Source: Magallana gigas (Eukaryota). From it: a stretch of DNA of 64,000 nt. The notes beneath the pieces were generated by a model. It searched no databases, was not told the origin of the DNA, and worked only from the letters and a program-made list of their open reading frames with translations. The position numbers were made by a program, and so were the translations under genes. The stretch's first letter is position 1; the number at the start of each line of letters is the position of its first letter. The stretch is from contig NC_088856.1 of the NCBI RefSeq assembly GCF_963853765.1, positions 14,942,001-15,006,000 of the forward strand. The letters are read 5' to 3'. Shown here in pieces: positions 25,307-39,300 of the stretch.

Positions 25307-27043
25307 TGCTGTGTTCGTCAATGGCTGTCTGTATGTAACGGGCGGCATCAGTGCTGAACCAGAGGATCCGGTGCCATTGGAATCCACATGGTGTCTGAAG
25401 GTGGATGGATCAGAAGGATGGGTCCCAAAGGCAAACATGATTAATGGCAGACAGGGTCACAGCATTACGGCTGTGGGTGGAAAGCTGTATGCTCTTGGTG
25501 GATACACAGCAAAAGAAGACCGAATCACGTTCACCGAACAGCTGAACTGTGAAGTGTTTGATCTAGAAACTGGACAATGGACAGAAATTGCCCCCACCCC
25601 TGAAGCCTTTGGGCATCTGTTACCTTACAGTGCTGCGTTGTTCGATAAAGTGTTCCTGATGGGAGGTATTGACAATAATGTTAACCTATATATCTACGAT
25701 CCGGAGAGTGACACATGGGAAGAAGCCGATGTGATTGGGCCTAATGTCCAAAAACTTGCCATCCTGGATGTAGCATATCCATACACTTAATGACTTCCAT
25801 TAGAAAATTAGGTTTCCAAATTCATGTATTGTAAAATGTGATTTATGATGAGCCTTTAATTATCAGAGAAGTTGTTTACATGTAAATGATTTTGTTATAG
25901 CTTGCAATGATAGCAGTCATGATTTTCAGATTTACTTAAATTGCATTTATATTGTAAATATGTGTTATTATATTAATACTTTCATGATGTATTCAGCATA
26001 ACTGCAATTCAAAGAATAAGAGAGAGTTTACTTTTTGCATTTTTCTGAATATGATTTTTATGTAATGCATAAATGTGGTACAAAAGGGTTGTAATCAAAA
26101 GTTTTCCTGCCATATTCCTTTACTTTTAATCAATGACATGTGACAGTTCTATAAGTACCAGGTATAAGGTATGATTTTAAGTTTTTTTCTCAAAGTTTTC
26201 TATTGCCAGATAGTTCAAACTTCATTTATAAACTAATTCTGGTATATATGTAGATTTAAAAAATACCTACCAGTATGTGTGTATAATATTGTACAATATT
26301 TTCAAAGTTTTTTTTCCTGCATAATTACGATTGGTTGTAAATGTTTTTATGATTGATTTGTATAGATGTACTATATATTGCAATCATATTTTGTTTTGTA
26401 CCCTGCTTTTATAGCACTTTCTTGCCATTTCTACTGTAGTGATTATACGAAGTGTAGACTATAATTCTTGTACTGTATCTCAGATGCTGTTCAAATGGTT
26501 TGCAAGCATATTTTTCACTTTTGCGTTAATCTCATTTCAAATTGGTGTGTAAAATATTTATATACAGAATAAGATTTTAACGTGCAAGCAGCTAACACAA
26601 AATGTTGATCAATATACTGCTTGATATTCAAGTTCTGTGCAGCGCTAGTTTTCATACTTTTTCTCAAATGACGGACACGTAGCTAGTGTTGTAATGTATT
26701 TTATTTATAGTTTGCTAGGGTTAAGCTTATGTGAATATCATAGGTGTATAGTATAAAGGAATTAAAAAAAATGTTCATGCAAATATAGGTACTAATATAT
26801 ATGCTACACATGAGAATTAGAATGGCTGCGATGCAATGTTTCATATATACATATGATTGGTTGATTTCAAATACATACCCGTCTTAATAAGCACCATGTT
26901 CTTTTTTCCACTTCAAAAACAGTAATCAACTGTCAAAAAGACAAATATAAATTCACAGATCAGCTTTATATCTAGTTTGAATATTAACTCTAAGCACAAC
27001 TTGTATTACCAATGCATGTATAGATGGATTTGCTTGACCTTGT
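25307..27043 (+). pseudogene. Tandem 1736-bp duplicate of the kelch gene 3' end (last ~160 codons, 25307-25790, plus 3'UTR)
   Basis: Identical by eye to 23571-25307; the ORF-track peptides are identical. No promoter or N-terminus. May be an assembly artefact. Confidence 0.8.
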
Positions 27044-28263
27044 ACAGTTGATTTTTTTTTTTAATGAAACCTAATATGCTCAGGTTGCAGACTTTCTAAA
27101 GGAACAAAAAATGCTTTTTTAATTATATTTCCTTACATTCCAGTGGATTTTTATTTTTAACTGAACCATTTGTTCCATCGATCATTACCATTTTGTCTTT
27201 CTAAATCCAAGTTTTTATTTGAACAGCTGATAAATTATAATGGGCATTCCATGCATTGCTTTTTAAGTTTCATGCTAATTTCTACGATATATACACTTAG
27301 AATTTATACATACATATATATTTTTTGTTACGTGTATTTTGGTATTAGATTCTTTACTTATTTGCAATAAAGCTTTTAATGATGCTTTATAAAAAAGTGG
27401 TTTTTACTTTCTTCTTGAACTTACTAAAGTGAAAGGTATTTTTTTATTCAAAGTAATAAATTATATGATAAAAGCACTGAGGCAGATATTTACTGTAATA
27501 TAAATGATAAAAATTTGGAAGGTATATCCACAAATACTGACCATTGAATAAGAATTTATTACATTGTATTCTCTGCAATAGATGCAGGAGCAGATTATAA
27601 ATTATTGAAAGTGGAGGGAGGGGTCTATGGACCCCCATCAGCCCCCATGGAGCCCAAAACAAACTCTTAAATTCTAAATATTTTGTAAGGAAAAAAAGTT
27701 CTGAAGGAAATGTAAGCAAGTGACCCAAAGCCACCAAGATGATAGAATTTAATTTGTAGATAACATCAAACGTGTAAATACAAAGGTTATTAATTTTCTG
27801 AGTATTTTTATATGTTCCTTAATTGATCTTTATTACTGTGATTGATCAATAATGCTCTTTGATATGACTATAAACATCATTTGAAGTGAAGGCATTAATC
27901 ATCTACCAGTTGTTCTCATTGGACAGCAGGTATTTGGCACATGCAAAATGCAACTTGTGTTCTTGAAAACACCCAAAATGCCAGTATCAGTATCAATAAC
28001 TGTTTATAAAAAACATCGATAATGGAATATGTGTACATCATCTTAAAAGGGAGATAACTCTCCTGAAAGCACACCAATCTGTGCCTCCAAACTGTAATTG
28101 TCCTTATTTTGTCTCTCAAGAATTGCTTGTACATGCACCCTATGGCTACCCATTTGTCAAATGTATTTATAATTATGGATGATGTCAACTCTAAGAAACA
28201 GTTTTGAATCATGTGCATCCAAAATCCGAATATCAAAAAATTTAATTGGGCTATATTATTTTT

Positions 28264-29340
28264 AAACAAGAGGCCAATTGGCCTTAACAGTCACCTGATT
28301 AACATAGCCCATACACAAACTTGTCAAAGAGTCTCATGTATGCATTTAGTGAAGTTTCATTCTGGGGTAGAACAATTATATTATATTGCAAAGACAACCA
28401 CCTTCCTGATACGACTATGAAACCTATTATTTTAGAGAAATTAAACCTTGAAGATCACAATAGGGCACATGACCTAATACTCAAAAGATGCAAGACTCTG
28501 ATAGAAAATAATTTCCCCAAATTTGTTAACTTTTTTCAAGATCGGTTTTATGCCGATATGTTTTGAATTCATAGATAATTTAAAACAACCCATACCAAAA
28601 CATTCTCACAATATGCTCATGAGCAGCTCACATGAGGACTAACAAGATTTCCTCACGTGAGTTGCTCATGCGAGTCTTATGTGCAATTTAACATGCATAG
28701 GTAAAATGCTCACATGAGCAAGATTTTGCACATGAGCATGAGATTTATAATAGTTTTACTTACAGGTGTGTGGAAGTAAAGAAAATAATTGTTTAAAATT
28801 ATATGCATTAACAGTATAGAGCCATATCCCCCCCCCCCCCTTACGGCCCGAAGGCCTTGCACAGGGCCATAAATTTCACAATTTAAGTAGAGGAGTTAGT
28901 TGACATCATAACCGTGCATTCAATTTTTTCTCAACATGTGTGGGAGTAAAGAAGATTTTTTTAGATTTAATTCATTTTCACTATATGGCTATACTGGTCC
29001 CGCCCTAGGGCTAAACCAAACCAAGGGGTCAAGAATTTCACAATTTTGGCAGAGGGCTTCATGGACATCATAACCATGCATTCAGTCTCACTCACATGTG
29101 TGGGAGTATAGAGATGAAGATTTTTGAAAATTTGGCTTCTTTTTGCATATTTGGACCCGCCTGTGGCTCCCCGGGGGTAGTAGAGCCATGATTTTCACAA
29201 TTTAGATTCCTCTTATAAGATGCTCCACACCAAAAATGGTAACAAGTGCCTTGCAGTTTTTAAGAAGAAGTTAAAAATGTAAAATTGTTAAAGGACTACT
29301 GACAACGCATAACGACGGACAAAAACAGATAGCAATAAAA
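28264..29340 (+). mobile_element. HINE-like element (third family), 3' end truncated
   Basis: aaacaagaggccaattggccttaacagtcacctga start; internal repeats of aatttcacaatttt...gacatcataaccatgcattcag...gtgtgggagta; ends at ggacaaaaacagatagcaataa without the terminal palindrome. Confidence 0.6.
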
Positions 29341-29812
29341 ACCAATGAATTCTTTTTTATCATGTTTCAAAATTTTTATTTTGTGAAATTTTATAGAGAT
29401 AAAAAATTAAAAACAAGAATCAATATAAATTTTTAACAGTGCATATACTGTTCCAATACAACCCAAGCCATACACCAATTTTTTTCTCTACAAGTTAATG
29501 TACATTTGAATTTATTTCATAAGCAGCTTGACTTTGATAATAATTTCTACATTTACTCCATTTACATTCCCTTAAAGATAAGAGCCCTCTGTTTTCATGG
29601 TTTTGTGGTACAAATTATATAATATATTTAGACTCTATCCTGGTACATGTACTTTTATTTAACAGATGTCACTTGAAAAGCTCAAAACATCTAATGTACA
29701 TTAATGTAAATTTAGTACATATAACCTTGGAAAATATCTCTAAGCTGGCCTGCTGTTTGAGATAAAAACCATTAATGCCAATTTATGCAGCCAATTATGA
29801 TTTTCTATAGGT

Positions 29813-32809
29813 TTATCCATTATCACCATTCAAATCACAAATCTCAACTTTACTGCTGTGTTCCAGTTTGCTAGAAAGTTCCACAATGTCTGGTTTGTGT
29901 TTTGTCCTTTTGTTAATTCGTAGATTATTTTCTGTCACTTTTCCCATTAAACATTCATCTGCATCAGAATTGTCAGAATCTGAGTCACTAGAATGCTCTG
30001 AATCATTGTCCTCCGAAAAATCACTACTTTGCTCTACCACAGCAATGTTCTGGAAAAGAGATTTAAATGGTGAAGAATATACCGGTGATTATGGTAGATT
30101 ATGCAAACATTCAATCATTTAGTACGATCCTGATACAGCAAAATCTTGGATATAGCGAAATTTTGTGGAGTTCCTGGCAAGATTCATAAATAATCCTATT
30201 CCTTTTAATAAAATTTTACCATTGTAACGAAGTTAGTTAGACAAGTTTAATGAAAAAGCAAACCAATTTTGAGTCCTGTAGAGGTGAAAAAACTCCCCAA
30301 AACGAAATTTATATCTTTTATAGAAAATTGTAATATTATTCTAAACCATAGCTGTTTCAATCATGCCGATTAAAAAAACTACTTGAAAAATTTATTTCCA
30401 TGCGAGTCCTTTAATTTTTCATCCGGTTTTTTATTAATTTTAGAAGAGGGTACTTTAGCTACGCCTTAATAATCAAAAATGATAGTCATGTGGAATAAAA
30501 ACAAGGTATAAAGCAAATTCGTTATACCTATTAATATGAATTTGTTGTATAGATACAATGAACTATGAATATGGCAAAGTAAACCTATTTGTCCCTAAGA
30601 CTTTGCTATAACCAGGTTATTGATGTTACGTCTGGACTTCATAAAATTTTATATTCACAATCAAGTCCAGAAAAAAAAAATAGTCAATTAGAGTTCCAAT
30701 ACAGGAACTGAATACAGGAGCAAGGGTCATAACTCAGTGGAAAATATTAGTATAGTAATCTATTGTGTGAATGAACTGTCTTGTGGTTAAGGTATTGGTT
30801 TCTTCAGAAGTACTTTAAATCTATTCAATTTAATAAAAACCCAATAGAAATATGACATACAAATGTTAATTTACCATTTCTATGAAGCGATCTTGGTCGT
30901 CTGATACATGCTCTATGTCGATTTCTTCAGCAGGTCTGTTTTGCAGCTCTTGATTGGCCATTTTCATCTGAGGTAAGAAACTTTTTACTTGTGACAAAAC
31001 TGCAATAAAACTTCAATGATTTAATAATATTAAGAAAGTAATTTACCGGTATTATCTTGCATATTAATGCTCTTATTTTCAGAAAGCCATGCATATAAAG
31101 TGATATTAAAAAATATATATATCAAGATTTATATAAATACACCTTATCAAAAATGAAATATAAAGCAACAGGTACTGACTTGAGCTTGGAGGAAGTTTAA
31201 ATGTTTTCATCTCTCTTTTGTCTGGCTTCTTTTTCAGATCCAATACACTCTCTAAATGATTGGCTGAAAATGTGAATGGTTATTTTAGTTTTGAATAACT
31301 CGGATTCAAACCCTATAAATGCTTACATTTAGAGATGGGTAAAGATATTTCTAAGATAATCAAAAAGCATTAATAATAAATTGAATTTTCTTTTATTTCC
31401 TGGCCTGTTATAAAAACCCACAACAAAACAAAAACAAAGGACTGAAGGCCTTAAGGATGCATCACATCTCTGGTTGAAATGTTAAATAAGTTTAAATCAG
31501 TTTTACAATAAATTATAATCAGCATCATTGGCTGTACATGTAATTTTTTTTCACCATATAACAGGAAACAGATTCGGAAGTAGAAGGTCTGAGGAATGAG
31601 GTTATGTTATACATGTACTTTGAAAAAAAAACAACCTTTTTGAGACCAAGAAAAAAAAAAGATTATTCACAGCTTCCTACATGTATTTGAATTTAACTTT
31701 TTTTAAATGCCCAAGTGCAAAATTCAAAGCATCAATTCCTGTTCTGAATCAAAATGTTTATTTAAGATGAAGAACTGTAAGATAACACATTTCTGAGTAT
31801 CTGCGGCTGTGGTGAACATGATAAACTTTTACTTAAAAAAAATGCATGTGGACAGTCACATGACCCACATATTCTTTAGTATATTTAGGATACCATACAG
31901 GTATTTTACACCAAAAGGAGGTCAAACCATCAAGTCCTAAGCCCAACCTGCATGACAACACATAAACTTTTTAAAACAATAATTATAAATTTATTTCATT
32001 GACAAACTAAGATCAGAGACACTAGAGAAACCAAAAAACTATGTTGTTTGTTATCCTCATTTTACTTAACCTATGTTTTAAAAAGTTATGTGTTAGAGCA
32101 TTCAGTGCGGAGTTAAAATTTCGTGACGTCAGCTGATGGCTATCGAGCCTCGGGACGAAATTCAAAGTCTGCATGAATTTTAGTTGATAGCATTATCAAT
32201 GCGTTGGATTTAAACTTTAGGACGAAATGTATAGAGAGAAATATCACATTTGAACTCAATGTTGCACGCAAACCGGTAGGCATATCTGATTTATGTGGCA
32301 AATTGAAGCCTGAATCGATGAGGGGGTCAAAATGGCGTTGCATACCTTGTGTATTTATATATAGTAGGGGTAGAATTTTTCGATATATGACTTATTTAGC
32401 GACTGAATGATTAAAATTCAGGTGCCTGTGGTTTAAATAGAGATCAGGTCCTTTGATATCACCCTAATGTTAGTTGCAGTCCCATAAAAAATCAAAGAAC
32501 TGGGCATTTTACATCAAAATCTATTCAGAGACATGCTATTAACTGAAAACAATTATGGGAGCAAAACTTGGGAGCTTCTGGTTGATTTTCAACTGTTCAA
32601 TGAAGTGACATGTGCGTGTGATCAGGGCCTAGGATTGTATATTTTTTTTTTACTTCCAGTAAAATTGATCTAACACATAATCGTCAAGTACTAATGATTG
32701 AATACACATGTAAATAAATCTATATTGTACCATTTTCTGTTCTTTCCAATGCAAGGAGATCCGAGGATTTGTTTTTGTTGACACTCACGTTGTTTCTGGA
32801 GGCCGCCAT
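29813..32809 (-). CDS. NOPCHAP1: NOP protein chaperone 1 (C12orf45/DUF4598), 174 aa; exons 32809-32731, 31263-31180, 30999-30875, 30049-29813
   Basis: Spliced protein contains ILSQVKSFLPQMKMANQEL...IDIEHV...FIEMNIAV, an acidic S/D tract and KVTENNLRI, matching C12orf45 motifs (VxxFLPQMxxAN, IxMxxA). 525 nt, phases consistent. Confidence 0.88.
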
Positions 32810-33093
32810 CTTTGAAAATTATTTTGTTCAGTGTTACTTTGACATTTCGTATTTGATCAGAACCCGATTATAAACCACTGTAAGTTCGTTTAGTTATGAA
32901 TTGAATAAAGTATTGGTTAAAATAAGCGTAGTTTATTCAGTCAATAAATCTCTTGCACCATACAGTATATATTCACTCTGTTATCTTCAGACGAAATCTC
33001 TAAGAACGAGTTCACGAAGAAGAAAAAAAATTGTTTTGACAAGTTGGCACTTTCGGAGTTTTTCAAACTATTTCAGACTTCGTTGGGTGACAA
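32810..33093. promoter_or_regulatory. Compact bidirectional promoter and 5' exon region shared by NOPCHAP1 (-) and SLC41 (+)
   Basis: NOPCHAP1 ATG at 32809; a plus-strand donor caa|gtgagt lies at 33093, and a second candidate UTR donor acg|gtaagt at 35304. Confidence 0.5.
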
Positions 33094-33856
33094 GTGAGTA
33101 TATTGATCCAAAAGTATGTGTATTGCTCCTTACATGGCATGCTTGAAATACTGTTCTCAATAAAAATCTTATTGATTACGAATGAAATGAAATTTACCAT
33201 TTCGAATTATCTCAGCGCCACGTTATTCATGTTTATCACTGTTGAGTATATTCGTTTACCCTAAAAATGCCTTCGACCGTTGACGCATTGACGCCGTTCC
33301 TTCTTATTTCCGTTCGCCCAGAGTCCGTTTGCTCTATATATATATTGTTTAATGTATTCAAAAGATTGAATCTTTTTTTGATGAATAAAATATTCTTGAA
33401 AGAGAAAACTGATGCTAATTCCCTGTTCATATCCATTATCCGTTACAATTTCTTCAATGTTTTTTTAACCATGAGTTGTAAAATAAATAACAAAGACGGG
33501 TATCCATAATCAGGGACGTATATATACTAACTTAGAAGAAGTAAATTTAGGACAAGGTCACAAACCAGAATAAAATTCACTTTTAGTGGGGATACAAAGT
33601 CATTGATAAATCTTAAATTATATAGCAATTAGCTATCCAGATGTATCAATTTTTTTTCACTCTCATTTTAAAGATATCAAAATCATGAAAAATTTTTCTA
33701 TTACTATAACGCAACGTACATGTATACGAAGGGGCCGGTGATATGTTTTGGGATATCATCCTATTTCATAAAAGAAAGGTAGATAAAATTAAGATGCGAT
33801 ATTTTTTTTAAATCAACATATACTTTTACGTAGTACATTGTACACCCCCGCCTTAA

Positions 33857-34893
33857 GGTGGCTCGCGGGTTTACCTGCTAGCGAGAAAACCTACCTTGAA
33901 AATTTGTCCACGTGATCCATAGGTTTCAGAGTTTTATTCCTAAAATTTATTTGAGATTCGTCTGCCCGTTAATAATGTTATCGCTTTTTAAATACAGTGT
34001 CATTAATAAAATCAAGCACCGCCATTTCAATGAAATATATAGTAAAATGCACATCTTAGTCGAAAAACGCATTACAAAACTATGCTCCAAACTTTTAAAC
34101 GATTCAGACGAAATTAATTATACTCAACACAATAACAGAGGAGATAATTATGAATCAATTCATAAAAAATAATCAGTATGTGTTCTCGGCCAATTTTTGG
34201 CAAAACAACTTTAAAGATTTAAAAGATTTCACAAAACTTATATTTTCATTACGACGTAAGCCCGACGTCATCATTTTCTTACGTCTGAAAACCCCAAAAT
34301 TGAAATGCATTTATTGACAAAACTAGCTGATTAACACGTTTTAGAACATGTGAATACTAATTGGACATTATTGTGAATGTTACCAAATGCACAAATGCAG
34401 TTAATGTAAGGCTGTTAAGATACAGAAAGTTGCTATTTTGCTTTTATGAAACTCTGAGTCAATCAATGCAAAAAAAAATTGCCAGGCAACTACTGACATA
34501 ATAAGTTTGTAATCGTATAAAATAACTATCTCAAGCCAAAAGAATGTAGAATGTTAAAATAACGGAAATGATAATTGTTAAACAAAACGTACAGTTCAAT
34601 TAATTCACTTGTCTATTTTAAAACATGATTTTAAATGGAAGAGTTCCAACGCACACTCATAACTTTATAGAACAAAATGTGACAATGTATGTGACATATT
34701 TAAATTTTCAGCACTTGATATTATAAATGTTTGTATAAACAGTAATAACCTGCGTTTAAGCTTTTTGAAATATTTCCTTTTACGCTTCTAAATATCTCAT
34801 TTGTCATTTTTAAAAAAAAATGTAAGAGTTTACTAAGACGGTCAACTCTTTACGTTGATTCCTATTGTGACGTCAGCAAACCCGCAAGCTACG
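33857..34893. mobile_element. Kolobok-type non-autonomous element
   Basis: TTAA on both sides (33853-33856, 34894-34897); imperfect TIRs ggtggctcgcgggttt / aaacccgcaagctacg. Confidence 0.7.
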
Positions 34894-36389
34894 TTAAGAT
34901 GTCTTAAGGACCCGGTTTAACAATAGATTTCTTCCCATATACTCACTACGTAGCAAATAAAAAATTTATATCGCACTGTATCTTGCCTCAATTTTCATAT
35001 GATTGGTCTCAAATACCTACAATGTTGCTCTTTATAATCCCATACTACCACATTAACTGTTTTTGCAACGAAACTGCTGCCACTTTTAACATCACGTTTG
35101 AAAATTTGCTGTTAATGGTCGCCATGTTCATGATAAAATCTGAGACATTCCGAGTGCGATTTCCAATGTATAAAAATGTGTTTTTCCCCCGCAGATTATT
35201 TTTAACAGAGTTAAAATTGACGCGAAGCTGATCGGCTTCGCTGCTGCTACATTGCAAGTATATGGGATGAATTCTTACTGTGACCTGAGCATAGCCTGGT
35301 CACGGTAAGTTTATTCTTTCTGTAGGTAAATAAGATAAACAAACCTGATACCAACATGGTTATTGAAAGAAAAACAAATTAAACATAAAACCATTATTCA
35401 AACAATTTATTACATATCTTAAAATTTTCAGTACCTGTTATTTTTGGTAAAAGTGATCTAAATTGAATTTGATTTTAAGGTCTTTCGATTGTCGCATGAC
35501 GTCATTGTGAGCATTCCGGAATATTTTACCGTTATCGGTTATAATATTAGTGTTATATGATGCATAGTTTTGCCAATATTTCTTGATTTATTCTTGTGTT
35601 TAACACATTTTAAGCTATGTAAAGTAAAATGACACTCATGTTTATAGAGAGTAGTTTGAGTTGAAATCGCTGAACTCAATGAAAAAGTGATGAAACCGTA
35701 CATAGGCAAACTTGACAGAGACTGCAATTCATAATATTTTACCTCGCAAGGTTAACATTTCTTTGCAGATTCCGATAGGATATATTATGAATTACAAATG
35801 TACCAATTTTCAGTGAGTTTGAACCATTATTTCAAAAGTGATAGACATTTTATGTTGCTAAATTGTACTTATTCATGGTTGAAAAATTGTATCAAAATGC
35901 ACTGTAAATGTGATAGTTTTCATACTGGCAAGTTTAAATGGCCTTAAAATGTTAAAATACGTAAAAGAAAGGATTGCGATTAATTTCTTTAAAAAAATTG
36001 ATTTATTATATAGAAATCAATAAAAAAATGTGATGTTTGATTGGAGAGCAGTCATCGCTATTAATTGCCCTGATAGTGTACCTATGTTAGCTCCTACAGC
36101 ATGAACAAAACATTTGCAACATGCCAATATTTAAGTTCAATTTGAATGTTTACATAATAATCTTCAAATTTAAACAAAAAGTACACGGATTAAACCATAA
36201 AAACATCAAGGGTGGAGAAACCTTAAATTCATTGCCAGAGTAAAAAAAAACCTCACCTAAGACCTTGATCTGTAAACTATTGTATATAACCTAGTTTCAA
36301 CATTTAAACAAAAAGGATTAAAGAGAAAGTTTTATAATGGTATTTTTTTTATTACAGTTGAATTTAGGTGGACAGTATGTAAACTGATA

Positions 36390-39300
36390 ATGGCTGAGGG
36401 GAGATACAATCTGAGAAGCCGCCGAAAAATGGTTCCCAACACCCCTGACCTACTTACTCAGACCCCTCCGTCTGACCACACCCCCTCTGTACCACAACAC
36501 AAGGCCAAGTCAAGTAATGTGATTGAGCTCAAAGGAATCATTCCCCAAGGCAATGGCCACTTTGGCAGGGGAGAGGGTGATGTTTACATTGGTTCGGAGG
36601 AGGAAGAGACAGTGTTTGAGCAGACCAGTCTAACCCAGCCATTGTTATCAGAGGAGTCGCCAAGTGATGGAGAAACAAGGGTTAAAGAATCTGAAGTGCA
36701 GCTAAAGGAGAAGGATGAGGGCTCTTTCAGTATTGCACTGCAAGTCTTCATTCCGTACATTATTGCTGGATTTGGAACTGTAGGGGCTGGCATGGTCCTT
36801 GATGTTGTTCAGGTAAGGAAAATAGATAATATGCACATGTTGGATATTGCATGCAGTGTTTCTTTTGTTTAAAAAATTCTGCTATTTTTGTAACCCCATA
36901 TAATTGTCACACAAATTTTGCTTCATTGCAGCACACAGATGTTTTTGTGCAAGTTTCTGAGATTTTTATTTTGGTTCCTTCTTTGCTTGGATTAAAAGGA
37001 AACTTGGAGATGACATTAGCTTCCAGGCTTTCAACACAAGTAAGTCAATTTAGTTTGTAAAACTCAGAAAAAATTGTACATGTCAGATGTGAACATGATA
37101 CATATTGATGGTTGAGTTGATTTTGTGTTTGATATTTCCATATATATGTACATATAACATTACATTTTTTTCCTAATAGTTAAAACAGGTGTACAACGAA
37201 AAGAGTCTCTGATTTTTCTATTCAGTTATTGTTTGCAAAATACCCAAATTTACATACATACATGAATATTTTTTTGTTTTCAGGCAAATTTAGGGAACAT
37301 GGATAAAAAGTCAGAGCAGTGGAAAATGATTGGAGGAAACATGGCTCTTGTACAGGTATGTATGTGTGTGATTCTTTGATGACTGATATGTTTTGTTCGA
37401 TGATAACAATGTTTTATTGACAATTGAAAACATTTAATACCATAAAGAAATACAGTACATTTAAAAATGACCTTGATTTATAGAAATGTTGATATACATG
37501 GATTGTATTCATTTTCAGTGCCAAGCTATAGTGGTGGGTTTTTTAGCTTCAGTTGTTGCCATGATAATGGGATGGATTCCAGAGGGGAAGTTTAACATCC
37601 ATCATGGACTGTTGCTGTGTGCCAGCAGTGTGCTGACTGCCGCTGTAGCTAGCTTTGTTCTAGGTATGATTTGAATGTGTTTAGAATGTGGTATGACCTG
37701 GTTCACATTTAAAGAAATAAAGAGGTATAACTCTTAAAAGGTATTAAGACATGAAAAAAATAATCAAGTTTCGGAATACAGAAAAAAAATATCCCACCAT
37801 TATAAGTGATGTCTTAACTTTAATAATTAGACACTTGTGAATATTATATTGACCAAGATTTTAAAAAAGATTAAAATTTCATTTCAATTGATTGCAATTT
37901 AACTTTGATATTCTCTGCACAGGTGCTTTAATGGTTTTTGTGATCTTGGTCTCAAGAAAACTCAAAATCAACCCTGATAACATAGCGACACCCATCGCAG
38001 CCAGCCTCGGGGATCTCACCACCTTGTCTCTATTGTCGGGGGTGTCCATGCTTCTATACCAGGCTATAGGTACACAGGTGTGGCTCGCCCCCACCATCAT
38101 CGCTGTGTTCCTGGTGCTGACCCCACTGTGGGTCTATATATCAGTAAAAAACCACTATACCAATGATGTCATCTACTCGGGATGGACCCCTGTACTTAGT
38201 GCTATGGTTATAAGCAGGTCAGTGGGCATTCATGTACAGTTTGTTATATTAATTATTTTCATTCATGTGTTTATCATAGGTATCAATTATACACAATGTA
38301 AGAATTTCAAGACATTTTTTATAGAAAACTAATATTATATCAATAGATGGAGTTTATTTTTTATTCATTAAATAGTAAATAGATCATGTAAGTATGTGGA
38401 ATTAGTATTATATAAATTATAATAAAAAGTTATTTTATTCTTTTGGTATCTTTTTTTCAGTGTAGGAGGTCTGATCCTAGATTATACAGTGGCGAACTAT
38501 CATGGTATAGCTGTATTTCAGCCTGTGATAAATGGTAAGGGACGGTAATACGTGTACAAGTGTACTTTCCATGAAAATGAACATATTGTTAATAATTAAA
38601 TTAACATTTAATTTACCATAAAATCCAACAATGCTTTGATTTACCATGAAGTACACATTAGCAGAATAATCAGTTTTGTACAAAGAGATATGCCCATATA
38701 CATGATGAAGTCAATCATCATTGGCTGCTTGCATTATGATTTAATCTTTCAATCTAATGATCTAGCTGCAATGATGTAGGTCTTTCCTTATCTTTTTTTA
38801 ATGAGGGAAAGAGCTAGATAAAAAAAAAGAGAGAGGGCTTCATTATTGCAGCTACTAATGATCTATCTACAGAGATAGACTTAACAGTACCAATGCTGAA
38901 ATCAAAGATTTTATTTTTCTTTACCAAGAGATTTTAGAGCATGATTATACATGTGAAGAATAACATCTAGAATGTGTTGTGACCTTAAAAAAATTTGATG
39001 TTTTATAACCTTGGGGAATAATGCTTTCTGGTCTTCAGGAGTACAGGAGTAGGGGGTAACCTGGTAGCTGTACAGGCCAGCAGAATCACTACCTCACTGC
39101 ACATGTCAGGAAGTAAGCCCGGGAGACTCCCGTCAGGTGCCCTCAAGGGCTGCCCCAACCCAGGGGGCGCATTTTGTGGGACAAGTAAGTCTTCAAACAT
39201 AATAGAAGTGACTATTGATAGATATGTAATTTAATTAAGGGTTCTTGTGTTTATAAATTCTTTTTTAAGAGTTTCCGTAAATTTTAGTGTGATGATTGAC

